Positions 29,531-39,505 of a stretch of DNA of 64,000 nt are shown here, in pieces. The stretch lies in assembly GCA_963730185.1 (NCBI GenBank), contig CAVSQW010000008.1, positions 352,001 through 416,000 on the forward strand, given 5' to 3'. The stretch is from an uncultured Gemmatimonadales bacterium (lineage in GTDB: Bacteria > Gemmatimonadota > Gemmatimonadetes > Gemmatimonadales > GWC2-71-9). The number at the start of each line of letters is the position of its first letter. Within the stretch, counting starts at the first letter, position 1. The notes under the pieces were generated by a model, which was given only the letters and a program-made list of their open reading frames with translations, searched no databases and was not told the origin of the DNA. The translations under genes and the position numbers were made by a program.

Positions 29531-31692
29531 GGCGCCGGGGGCCGGTCGACGATCGGATCCCGCCGCATGGCGGGCACGTAATACTGGTCGATGTACGAGA
29601 GGAGCATCCGGCGGGCCGTGAACCGGCTCATCGCTACCCGCATCGCGCTCCGCATCCGGTCCACCCAGCCGAGCGGGACACCGTGCTGATCGCGGTCGTA
29701 GTAGAGGGGAAGGATCTCTTCCTCGAGCAACCGGTACACGTGGTCGACGTCCGAGAGGTCCGCCTCCTCCGGATCGTCGAGCGTGGGCGGGTAGGGAATG
29801 GCCCAACCGTTGGTGCCGTCGTAACCCTCTTCCCACCAGCCGTCGATCGTGGCCAGCTGCGGCACCCCGTTCAAGGCCGCCTTCATGCCGCTGGTGCCAC
29901 AGGCTTCCAGCGGCACCCGGGGCAGGTTGAGCCAGAGATCCACCCCCTGCACCAGGCCGGAGGCCAGGTACATGTCGTAGTCCTCCAGAAAGGCCACCCG
30001 GCCCTCGAAGAACGGATCGTGGGTGAACCGGTACACCTGCTGGAGAATCTCCTTGCCCGGGTTGTCCGCCGGGTGGGCTTTGCCGGAGAAGATGATCTGG
30101 ACCGGCCGCCGCTTGTCGCAGAGCAGCCGGTGGAGCCGGTCGGGGTCGCGAAAGAGGAGCGAGGCGCGCTTGTAGGTGGCGAACCGCCGGGCGAAGCCGA
30201 TCGTCAGCGCGTACGGGTGGAGTAACGTGCCCGCCGCCACCACCTGGTTCGCCGACTCCCACTGCGCCGCGAACCGCTTCCGGGCCTCCTCCCGGATGAA
30301 GCCCATGAAGGCGCCCTTCAGCTGGTGATGGGTGAACCAGAGATCGGCCGGATCGATCTGCCCGATCTGATCCCAGAGCCCGGGATCCTCCAGCCGGTTC
30401 CCCCAGTCCGGACCCACCCGCCGGTCGAGCAGCGCCATGATCTCGTTGGCCATCCAGGTGGCGAGATGGACGCCGTTGGTGACCGAGCCGATCGGGACGT
30501 CGTCATTGGGGAGCGTCGGCCAGAGTGGCTGCCAGATCTCGCGTGATACCTTGCCGTGCCGCTTCGAGACCCCGTTGACCCGGGCCGAGAGCCGGATCGC
30601 CAGCACGGTCATCTGGAAGCGCGAGTCGCCGTTCGCCACGTGCCGGCCGAGATTGAGGAACGTCTCCCGATCGATCCCCATCTGCTCCCACATCGGACCG
30701 CTGCACGACTCGAAGTGCTCGGCGTCGAATGCGTCGTGGCCCGCCGGCACCGGGGTATGGGTGGTGAAGAGCGAGGTGGCCCGGACCTCGTCGACCGCCT
30801 GGGCGAACGGCATCCCCGCCACCGTCAGCTCCCGGATCCGCTCCAGCAGCATGAACGAGGCATGGCCTTCATTGGCGTGCCAGACGCCCGGGTCGATGCC
30901 CACCGCCCGCAGGACCCGCACCCCGCCGACGCCGAGGAGCCACTCCTGCCGGAGCCGCATGTCCGGTCCCCCGGCGTAGAGCTTGTTGAGCAGGGTGCGG
31001 TCTTCCGGGTCGTTTTCTTCCAGGTTGGTGTCGAGCAGGTAGAGCGGGATCCGCCCCACCCGCATGGTCCAAACCCGGACGCGGACCGGCCGGCCGAAGG
31101 TCTCGACCGTCGTGAGGTGGGGCTCGGCCTCGGGGCCGCGGAGCTCGAGCAGCGGCGTCAGCACCGGGTCGACGTGATCGTCGCTGTCCTCCTGCCACCC
31201 GTCGGCCCGGAGCCGCTGGTCGAAGTAGCCCTTCATGTAGCTCAGGCCGATCCCCACGAACGGCAGGCCGAGGTCGGAGGCCGTCTTGCAGTGATCGCCG
31301 GCGAGGATCCCGAGCCCGCCGCTATAGATCGGGACCGAGTTGTGGAGCCCGAACTCGGCGCAGAAATAGGCGACCGGCCGATCGGCCAACGACGGATACC
31401 GCCGGGCGAACCAGGTCCGGTCGCGGCGCCGATCGTCGGCCATCCACTCCATCACCGCGTCGTACCGCCCGAGAAAGTCCGGATCCTGGGCCAGCCGCTC
31501 GAGCCGGGAGGGCAGCACCTCGCGGAGCAGCGCGATCGGGTTGTGATGGGTCTCGCGCCAGAGCGGCGGGTCGATGGACCGGAGCAACGATCGCGCGTCG
31601 CGATTCCAGCTCCAGGACAGATTCGTGGCCAGGGCGGCGAGCCCTTCGAGGCGAGGAGGAAGGATCGAGATTTTCTGCCTGAGCAGTGTCAT
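29527..31692 (-). CDS. glgP: Alpha-glucan phosphorylase (GT35)
   Basis: 'YFCAEFG', 'IYSGGLGILAGDH', 'HANEGH', 'FARRFATYKR', PLP site 'EACGTSGMKAALNG'. Confidence 0.95.
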   Translation of the reverse strand: MTLLRQKISILPPRLEGLAALATNLSWSWNRDARSLLRSIDPPLWRETHHNPIALLREVLPSRLERLAQDPDFLGRYDAVMEWMADDRRRDRTWFARRYPSLADRPVAYFCAEFGLHNSVPIYSGGLGILAGDHCKTASDLGLPFVGIGLSYMKGYFDQRLRADGWQEDSDDHVDPVLTPLLELRGPEAEPHLTTVETFGRPVRVRVWTMRVGRIPLYLLDTNLEENDPEDRTLLNKLYAGGPDMRLRQEWLLGVGGVRVLRAVGIDPGVWHANEGHASFMLLERIRELTVAGMPFAQAVDEVRATSLFTTHTPVPAGHDAFDAEHFESCSGPMWEQMGIDRETFLNLGRHVANGDSRFQMTVLAIRLSARVNGVSKRHGKVSREIWQPLWPTLPNDDVPIGSVTNGVHLATWMANEIMALLDRRVGPDWGNRLEDPGLWDQIGQIDPADLWFTHHQLKGAFMGFIREEARKRFAAQWESANQVVAAGTLLHPYALTIGFARRFATYKRASLLFRDPDRLHRLLCDKRRPVQIIFSGKAHPADNPGKEILQQVYRFTHDPFFEGRVAFLEDYDMYLASGLVQGVDLWLNLPRVPLEACGTSGMKAALNGVPQLATIDGWWEEGYDGTNGWAIPYPPTLDDPEEADLSDVDHVYRLLEEEILPLYYDRDQHGVPLGWVDRMRSAMRVAMSRFTARRMLLSYIDQYYVPAMRRDPIVDRPPAP

Positions 31693-31770
31693 GCGCTCGT
31701 CGGGTTTGGGCACGATACCCCGGGGCGAAAGCCCCGGAAGCCACTCGGAAAGTGCCGGGGGGTGGCGGTT

Positions 31771-32000
31771 GGGACAAGGAGAGACGGGGAGGGACAGGGG
31801 GAGACGGGGGGAGACGGGGAGGGACGGGGAGAGACGGCGAGGGACGGCGAGACGGCGAGACGGCGAGACGGCCGGCGCCTGCAGTCGGAGGCGGGGGACA
31901 GACGGGCCCACTGCTCGTCCGACCTCGTCGGTCCTCGTGTCTCCTCGTCCCCCCGTCCCTCCCCGTCTCCCCCCGTCCCTCCCCGTCCCTCCCCGTCCCC
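31771..32000. repeat. Inverted pair of tandem arrays: 8 G-rich decamers plus GACGGCGA octamers (31771-31871) facing 5 complementary C-rich decamers (31951-32000)
   Basis: Left units such as GAGACGGGGA and GGGACGGGGA; right units CCCCGTCCCT and CCCCGTCTCC are their reverse complements. The right array abuts the ettA stop. Confidence 0.9.
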
Positions 32001-33683
<1,683 letters not shown>

Positions 33684-33827
33684 GCCCGAAAACTAGGCTC
33701 CCCGCCACCCCCGCCGCCAACCCGTGAGCCGTTCCCACGATCCTGCCCGCCCATCGAGCCGGGCTCCCCTCCCCGCTATACTTCGCGCCTCGACCGCGAT
33801 CCCCCAACTCAGCGGAGCCTTCGACCC

Positions 33828-35048
33828 ATGCCTTTCGCGCTCGCCCTGCTGCTCGTCCTCGCCGGCCCCGGCCCGGATCGTCCCGCCCCGCCGCCCTGCG
33901 ACGCGGACAACGGGGGCCTCACCCTGCCGGCCGGATTCTGCGCCCTGGTGGTGGCCGAGAATCTGCCCGGTATCCGGCACCTGGCCGTGGCCCCCAACGG
34001 CGACCTCTTCGTCGCCCGCCAGGGCCGCTCGGGTGGGGTCATGGCCCTCCGCGACGCCAACGGCGACGGCAAGGCCGAGGTGGTCGAGACGTTCTTCAAG
34101 GGAGCGGGAGGGAGCGGGCTCGTGCTCGATGGGAACGCCCTGATCTTCTCCACCGACGACAGCGTGCTCCGCTTTCCGACCAGGCCCGGCGAGCTGACCC
34201 CGGCGGGCCCGCCGGTCACCATCGCGCGCAACCTGCCTCCCGGTGGGCATTCGGCCAAGGGGCTAGCCCTCGACGGAGACTACCTGTTCGTGTCCTTCGG
34301 CTCCCTCACCAACAGCTGCCAGGAGGCCGCCGAGGATCGACGCGGACCGTACCCCGGCGTCATGCCCTGTCCCGAGCTTCCCGTCCGGGCCGGCATTTGG
34401 CGTTTCTCTGCCTCCATCCCAGGACAGACCCCGAGCGACGCCGCCCACTGGGGCACAGGGATGCGGAACCCGATGTCGATGGCCGTCCAGCCCGGGACCG
34501 GCACGCTCTACACCGTGATCCACGGGCGCGATCAACTGGCCGAGAACTGGAAATGGCCGGCCGAGGACGGGCGGGAGAACCCGGCCGAGGAGTTCGGACC
34601 GGTGCCCGAGGGAGCGGACTACGGTTGGCCCTACTGCTTCTACAACCCCCGGACCCACCAGAAGCTCCTGAACCCGGAGTACGGCGGCGATGGCAAACAG
34701 GCCGGGGACTGTGGCCGGAAGGCCCAGCCGGCCGTAGCCTTTCCGGCCCACTGGGCCCCGGACGACCTCCTGTTCTACACCGGCGACAGGTTCGGCCCGG
34801 CCTACCGGGACGGAGCCTTCATCGCCTTCCACGGGTCATGGAACCGGGCTCCCGCGCCCCAGCAGGGGTACCGGGTGGTCTTCGTGCCGTTCACCGACGG
34901 CAAGGCGGCGGGCACCTGGCAGGATTTCGCCGTTCCGGCGACCTCGCCGACGGCCATCCGGCCGACCGGCCTGGCCCAGGGCCCCGACGGCTCGCTCTAT
35001 CTCACGGCCGACGCTCAGGGCAAGATCTGGCGGATCGTGAAGCAGTAG
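33828..35048 (+). CDS. Exported PQQ-dependent sugar/sorbosone dehydrogenase-family beta-propeller
   Basis: Signal-like N-terminus, 'GLTLPAGFCA', 'GMRNP', 'DYGWPYC', 'FPAHWAP', 'AFHGSWNRAP', 'RPTGLAQGPDGSLY'. Confidence 0.88.
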   Translation: MPFALALLLVLAGPGPDRPAPPPCDADNGGLTLPAGFCALVVAENLPGIRHLAVAPNGDLFVARQGRSGGVMALRDANGDGKAEVVETFFKGAGGSGLVLDGNALIFSTDDSVLRFPTRPGELTPAGPPVTIARNLPPGGHSAKGLALDGDYLFVSFGSLTNSCQEAAEDRRGPYPGVMPCPELPVRAGIWRFSASIPGQTPSDAAHWGTGMRNPMSMAVQPGTGTLYTVIHGRDQLAENWKWPAEDGRENPAEEFGPVPEGADYGWPYCFYNPRTHQKLLNPEYGGDGKQAGDCGRKAQPAVAFPAHWAPDDLLFYTGDRFGPAYRDGAFIAFHGSWNRAPAPQQGYRVVFVPFTDGKAAGTWQDFAVPATSPTAIRPTGLAQGPDGSLYLTADAQGKIWRIVKQ

Positions 35049-35092
35049 TCATATTGAAGGGGTCGGTCGACTCGAACCTCGGAGGTAGGATC

Positions 35093-35656
35093 GTGAACCG
35101 CATTGGTGTCCTCGCCCTCTCGGCCGCCGCCCTGGCGATGGCCGGCACGGCGCGAGCCCAGGATCGTCCCACGCCGCTCGAAGTCGGTGTCGAGGCTCCC
35201 GGGTTCACGCTCAAGGGCGCCACGATGGCCGGCCTGCTCGATCAGCCGGTCAGCCTGTCCGACTTCAAGGGCCAGACGGTCGTCCTGGCCTTCTTCTACA
35301 AGGCCAGGACCAAGGGCTGAACGGTCCAAATGGACGCGTACCGTGATCAGTACGCGACGCTCTTCAACGGTGGCAAGGGAGTCCAGGTCCTGGCAATCAG
35401 CGTGGACCCCGACACGGCACAGGCCAGCTGGGCCGCCGACAAGAAGTACCCGGTCACCTTCCTCAGCGATCCCGGCGCCGAGGTCGGCACCGCCTACCAC
35501 GTGGTGGTGGACTTCCGCGGCACCAAGCTCGATTCCCGGGTGGTGTACGTGATCGGCCCGGACGGGAAGATCGCCCACGTGATGGCGCCCTTCCGCGAAG
35601 TCGACCCGACGGCGTACACGGAGCTCGGCCAAGCGGTCGAGGCGGCACGACAGTGA
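35093..35656 (+). CDS. Exported BCP/PrxQ-like peroxiredoxin with in-frame TGA (probable selenocysteine, codon 76)
   Basis: GGAGG RBS and GTG start, signal peptide, then 'VSLSDFKGQTVVLAFFYKARTKG-TGA-TVQMDAYRD' and 'VLAISVD...FLSDP...RVVYVIGPDGKI'. The TGA (35318-35320) sits at the peroxidatic-Cys position and both halves are in one frame. Confidence 0.88.
35335..35356 (+). promoter_or_regulatory. Candidate bacterial SECIS hairpin
   Basis: CGCGTAC-cgtgatca-GTACGCG: a 7-bp stem starting 14 nt after the TGA. The 8-nt apical loop begins 21 nt after the TGA and has G-U at loop positions 2-3. Confidence 0.65.
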
Positions 35657-35659
35657 ATG

Positions 35660-35767
35660 GTGGGTAGGGAATAGGGAATAGGGAGTGAGTAGGCGGTAGC
35701 GGAGTGGTCCCCTATCGCCTACTCACTACTCACTTCCGAGTCACCACTCACCGCTCCCCACTCACCC
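35660..35767. repeat. G-rich/C-rich heptamer tracts enclosing a 16-bp hairpin between convergent genes (possible terminator)
   Basis: TAGGGAA-TAGGGAA-TAGGGAG on the left and 'actcact-actcact...ccactca' on the right. Stem AGTGAGTAGGCGGTAG / CTATCGCCTACTCACT at 35684-35727 has one G-U pair. Confidence 0.7.
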
Positions 35768-37006
35768 CGCCCCAATCACTCGCTTCAACGCCTCCAAGGT
35801 CGCCTCCACCTCGATCACCGCCCCGCTGATGTCCCGGGTCAGGATTTCGGGATCCTTGAGCACGTGACCGGTCAGGATGGTCACGGCGCGCTCGTCCCGG
35901 CGCACGACCCCCTCCCGCACCAGTTGGCGGAGTCCGGCCACCGAGGCCGCGCTCGCCGGCTCGCAGCCCACCCCAGCCCGATCGACGACCTGCTTGGCTT
36001 CCAGGATCTCCTCGTCGGTCACCGAGGTCACCACCCCGTCGGTGAGCCGGATCGCGTCGACCGCGCGCTCGAACGACGCCGGGTTCCCGATCCGGATCGC
36101 GGTCGCCACCGTCTCGGCCGTGACCCGGTGCCGGGTCGCGAAGCCTTCCGCGAAGCTCCGCGCGAACGGCGCCGCCCCCGCGGCCTGGATCGCGGCGATC
36201 CGGGGCAGCCGGTCGATCAGCCCGGCCGCGCGGGCCTCGGCCAGCGCCTTCCCGAAGGCCGAGGTGTTCCCGAGGTTCCCGGCTGGCAGCACGATCCAGT
36301 CGGGCGGGTCCCACCCCAGCTGGTCGAGCAACTCGAAGACGATCGCCTTCTGTCCCTCGAGCCGGAACGGGTTGATGCTGTTGAGGAGGTAGAGTCCCAG
36401 CTCGGCGCCCCCCCGGTCCACCAGCTCGAGGCAGGCGTCGAAGTCGCCGCGAACCGCCGCGATCCGGGCGCCGTACGCCACGGTTTGCGCCAGCTTGCCG
36501 AGCGCGATCTTGCCGGCCGGGATCAGCACCACCGCGCGGAGCCCGGCCGCGGCGGCGTAGGCGGCCATCGACGCCGCCGTGTTACCGGTCGAGGCGCAGG
36601 TCACCGCCCGGGCCCCCAGGCGCCGGGCGTGGGTCACCCCGACGGTCATCCCCCGGTCCTTGAACGACCCGGTCGGGTTCAGCCCCTCGTGCTTGAGCAG
36701 GAGGTTGCCCAGGCCGGCCCAGTGGGACACCGCCTCTCGGTGGAGGAGCGGGGTGTTGCCTTCGGGGAAGCTCACGATCTCGTGATCGGCGGCCAGGGGA
36801 TACACCAGCTCCCGGTAGCGCCAGACCCCCGAGGTGGCCGGGCCGGTGCGGGCCGAGCGCCGGATCTCGAACTGGTGCCGCAGGGCGGCGCCTGGTCCGG
36901 CGCCGTCGTGCCGGACCTCCAGCAGGCCGCCGCACTCGCAGCGGGTCCGGGTCGTCGCCGGGTCGAGGGCCAGCCCGCAGGCCCGGCACCGCAGAGTGGT
37001 CGTCAT
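35762..37006 (-). CDS. thrC: Threonine synthase
   Basis: N-terminal Zn-ribbon-like CxxC...CxC, 'EGNTPL', PLP lysine 'NPTGSFKDRG', 'CASTGNT', 'LTGHVLKDP'; ATGA-coupled to thrB. Confidence 0.92.
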   Translation of the reverse strand: MTTTLRCRACGLALDPATTRTRCECGGLLEVRHDGAGPGAALRHQFEIRRSARTGPATSGVWRYRELVYPLAADHEIVSFPEGNTPLLHREAVSHWAGLGNLLLKHEGLNPTGSFKDRGMTVGVTHARRLGARAVTCASTGNTAASMAAYAAAAGLRAVVLIPAGKIALGKLAQTVAYGARIAAVRGDFDACLELVDRGGAELGLYLLNSINPFRLEGQKAIVFELLDQLGWDPPDWIVLPAGNLGNTSAFGKALAEARAAGLIDRLPRIAAIQAAGAAPFARSFAEGFATRHRVTAETVATAIRIGNPASFERAVDAIRLTDGVVTSVTDEEILEAKQVVDRAGVGCEPASAASVAGLRQLVREGVVRRDERAVTILTGHVLKDPEILTRDISGAVIEVEATLEALKRVIGAG

Positions 37007-37926
37007 CGAGGCCTGGCCCCTTCCCGGTCTGGTCGCGCGATGCGGATGGTGGCGGTGACGCCGGCCCGGCGGTAGGCGCGCTCCATGGCGGCACCGATCC
37101 GGAGGGCGGCGGCCCGGCTCCCGGTCACCGCGAATGCAGTGGGGCCGCTCCCGGAGATCGAGCAGCCATACGCCCCGGCTCGGAGCGCGGCGCGCTTGGC
37201 CGCCTCGAATCCGGGCAGCAAGCCCGATCGGGCCGGCTCCGCGATCCGGTCCTGGATCGCCCGGCCGAAGCGTTCCACGTCGTTGGTGCCGGCGGCCGCG
37301 ACCATCGTCGCGATGCTGGCGGCCTGGGCCAGGGCGATCTCCCGCGTCACGGTCCGGGGCAGCACCGAACGCCCCCGGCGAGTGGCCAGCTGGTAGTCGG
37401 GGCTGGCCAGGACGATGACCAGGCCATGAGGCGGCTCCAGGCGGATCACCTCGGGTGGGTCCATCCCGACCACCAGAACCAGGCCCCCCAGGAGCGAGGG
37501 CGCGATGTTGTCGAGGTGGCGCCCGGCGACCCTCGCTTCCGCCGCCAGCGCTGCCCGGAGCAGCCCCGGGATGCCCAGGGGCCGCCCGACCAACCGATTG
37601 GCCGCCACCGCCCCGGCCACGGCGCTCGCGGCGCTGCCGCCCTGGCCACCGGCCAGCGGGAGCCCCTTCTCCAGGCGGAGCTGGAGACCGATCCGTCCCC
37701 GAGGCCCTGCCAGCCGGAGTGCCGCCCGGGCCGCGATTGCCGCGGCGTGGCGGGTCGGAGAGCGAGGCAGATCGGGGTGCCCGGGGTCGGCGACCACGAT
37801 CCGCCGTCCCGGTACCCGGGTCGCCGTGACCGTGTCGCCGGCGCCGCTCAGGGCCAGGCCCAGAATGTCGAGCCCCGGGCCGACGTTGCCGATCGAGCCC
37901 GGGACGTAAACGCGCGTCTGGTTCAT
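37003..37926 (-). CDS. thrB: Homoserine kinase (GHMP family)
   Basis: 'PGSIGNVGPGLDILGLAL', 'PLAGGQGGSAAS', 'HLDNIAPSL', 'ISGSGPT'. Confidence 0.93.
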   Translation of the reverse strand: MNQTRVYVPGSIGNVGPGLDILGLALSGAGDTVTATRVPGRRIVVADPGHPDLPRSPTRHAAAIAARAALRLAGPRGRIGLQLRLEKGLPLAGGQGGSAASAVAGAVAANRLVGRPLGIPGLLRAALAAEARVAGRHLDNIAPSLLGGLVLVVGMDPPEVIRLEPPHGLVIVLASPDYQLATRRGRSVLPRTVTREIALAQAASIATMVAAAGTNDVERFGRAIQDRIAEPARSGLLPGFEAAKRAALRAGAYGCSISGSGPTAFAVTGSRAAALRIGAAMERAYRRAGVTATIRIARPDREGARPR

Positions 37927-38101
37927 GGCTGGAAAGTAGAGGCCTCCCGGTGGGCAAGTCCACGCGCGGTGAGATCCGCATGAGGCGGAATTCAGGAAGG
38001 CCTCGCCCTCGCTTCACTATCGAGCGTCTAGCTCTCTTTGCGTCGCGAGAATCCTCGTATAGATTCGCGTCGCCTTTCCATACTCTTCCGAGCGAGGTGT
38101 C

Positions 38102-39208
38102 ATGCGCATTGGAGTCCTCCGGGAAACGGCGCCCGGTGAACGTCGGGTCGCGGTGATTCCCGCGACGGTCCAGCGCCTCGTCAAGCAGCAACATGAGGTG
38201 TTGGTCGAGCGCGGAGCCGGAACCAGCGCGTTCTTTCCCGATTCTCAGTATCAGGACGCCGGCGCCCGGGTGGTGGACTCGGCGGCGGCGGTGCTCGAAG
38301 GGGCCCAGGTGGTGGTCAAGGTCCAGCGTCCGTCGCTCGAGGAGATCGGGCGGTTCCGCGCGGGATCGATCCTCGTGTCGCTTCTGGCGCCGCACGCGTC
38401 GGCCGCCGAGTTGAAGGCGCTGGCCGAGCGGAAGGTGACGGCGTTGGCGCTGGAGCTGGTCCCGCGTACCACGAAGGCCCAGGCGATGGACATCCTCTCG
38501 TCGCAGGCGACCGTGGCGGGGTATCAGGCGGTGCTCCTCGGCGCGACCAAGCTGGGGCGGCTCCTCCCCATGCTCACCACCGCCGCCGGCACCCTCACGC
38601 CGGCCAAGACGTTCATCATCGGAGCCGGCGTCGCCGGGCTCCAGGCCATCGCCACCGCGCGCCGGCTCGGCGCGGTCGTCTCCGCCTTCGACGTCCGTCC
38701 GGTCGTCAAGGAACAGGTGCAGAGCCTGGGAGCGACGTTCGTCGAGGTCGACGCGGCGGCCGAAGGATCCGGCGGCTACGCAAAGGAGCTGGCGGAAGAT
38801 GCGCAGAAGAAAGTGCTCGCCGCCATCGGCAAGCAGGTCGCGGACATGGATCTCGTGATCACCACGGCGGCGATTCCCGGCAAGCCCGCGCCTCGGCTCA
38901 TCACGGCCGACATGGTCAAGGCCATGCGGCCGGGATCGGTCATCATGGACCTCGCCGCCGAGAGCGGCGGCAACTGCGAGCTCACCCGGGTCGGCGAGGA
39001 CGTCGTGGTCGACGGCGTGACCGTCTCGGGTCCGGCGAACTTGGCCGCCACCCTGCCCAACCACGCCAGCTTCATGTTCAGCCGTAACGTCCAGGCGCTC
39101 CTCGAGCATGGTCAGAAGGACGGCGCGTTCGTCGTCGATCTCGAGGATCCGATTCTCGGCCCCATGTGCGTCACGCACGATGGCGCCGTCACCTACGGGA
39201 GGAACTGA
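38102..39208 (+). CDS. pntAa: NAD(P) transhydrogenase subunit alpha part 1 (dI)
   Basis: 'ERRVA', 'AQAMDILSSQ', 'IGAGVAGLQA', 'GGYAKE', 'DLAAESGGNC'. Confidence 0.93.
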   Translation: MRIGVLRETAPGERRVAVIPATVQRLVKQQHEVLVERGAGTSAFFPDSQYQDAGARVVDSAAAVLEGAQVVVKVQRPSLEEIGRFRAGSILVSLLAPHASAAELKALAERKVTALALELVPRTTKAQAMDILSSQATVAGYQAVLLGATKLGRLLPMLTTAAGTLTPAKTFIIGAGVAGLQAIATARRLGAVVSAFDVRPVVKEQVQSLGATFVEVDAAAEGSGGYAKELAEDAQKKVLAAIGKQVADMDLVITTAAIPGKPAPRLITADMVKAMRPGSVIMDLAAESGGNCELTRVGEDVVVDGVTVSGPANLAATLPNHASFMFSRNVQALLEHGQKDGAFVVDLEDPILGPMCVTHDGAVTYGRN

Positions 39209-39211
39209 CCC

Positions 39212-39505
39212 GTGGAAATGCTGATCACCAGCATCGTCATCTTCGTGCTTGCCACGTTCCTGGGCGTCGAGCTGATCCATCGAGTGCCCACCATCCTCCA
39301 CACGCCCCTGATGTCGGGGGCCAACGCGATCAGCGGCATTACCATCGCCGGCGCCCTGATCGTCGCCGGCGGAGATCACGGCTGGATCTCGACCGTGCTC
39401 GGCTTCCTGGCGGTCGTGTTCGCGATGATCAACGTGGCCGGCGGTTACACCGTCACCGACCGGATGCTCCAGATGTTCAAGCCGGACTCGGAGCAGAAAT
39501 CATGA
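39212..39505 (+). CDS. pntAb: NAD(P) transhydrogenase subunit alpha part 2
   Basis: 'VPTILHTPLMSGANAISGI' and 'NVAGGYTVTDRMLQMF'. Confidence 0.93.
   Translation: MEMLITSIVIFVLATFLGVELIHRVPTILHTPLMSGANAISGITIAGALIVAGGDHGWISTVLGFLAVVFAMINVAGGYTVTDRMLQMFKPDSEQKS

Noticed and set aside
31771..32000. Possible CRISPR array (also considered for 21039-21174)
   Set aside because: Units are directly tandem 7-10-mers without unique spacers, and no cas genes are present.
35330..35656. Stand-alone 108-aa redoxin ORF or nonsense pseudogene
   Set aside because: It lacks the active site and an RBS. The upstream in-frame half, the TGA position and the SECIS-like hairpin favour one recoded gene.
37927..38101. 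Threonine attenuator or Rex operator between thrB and pntAa; short GAATC/GATTC inverted repeat near 38048-38065
   Set aside because: No Thr/Ile-rich leader peptide and no TTGTGAA-N4-TTCACAA match; the repeat is too short to support a call.
35762..39379. Apparent 1205-aa giant ending in threonine synthase, and similar long N-extensions (31686..35048, 24322..27444, 26304..29105, 41195..44410)
   Set aside because: The extensions run through other genes in wrong frames. True starts were placed at conserved N-termini, so these are not fusions.
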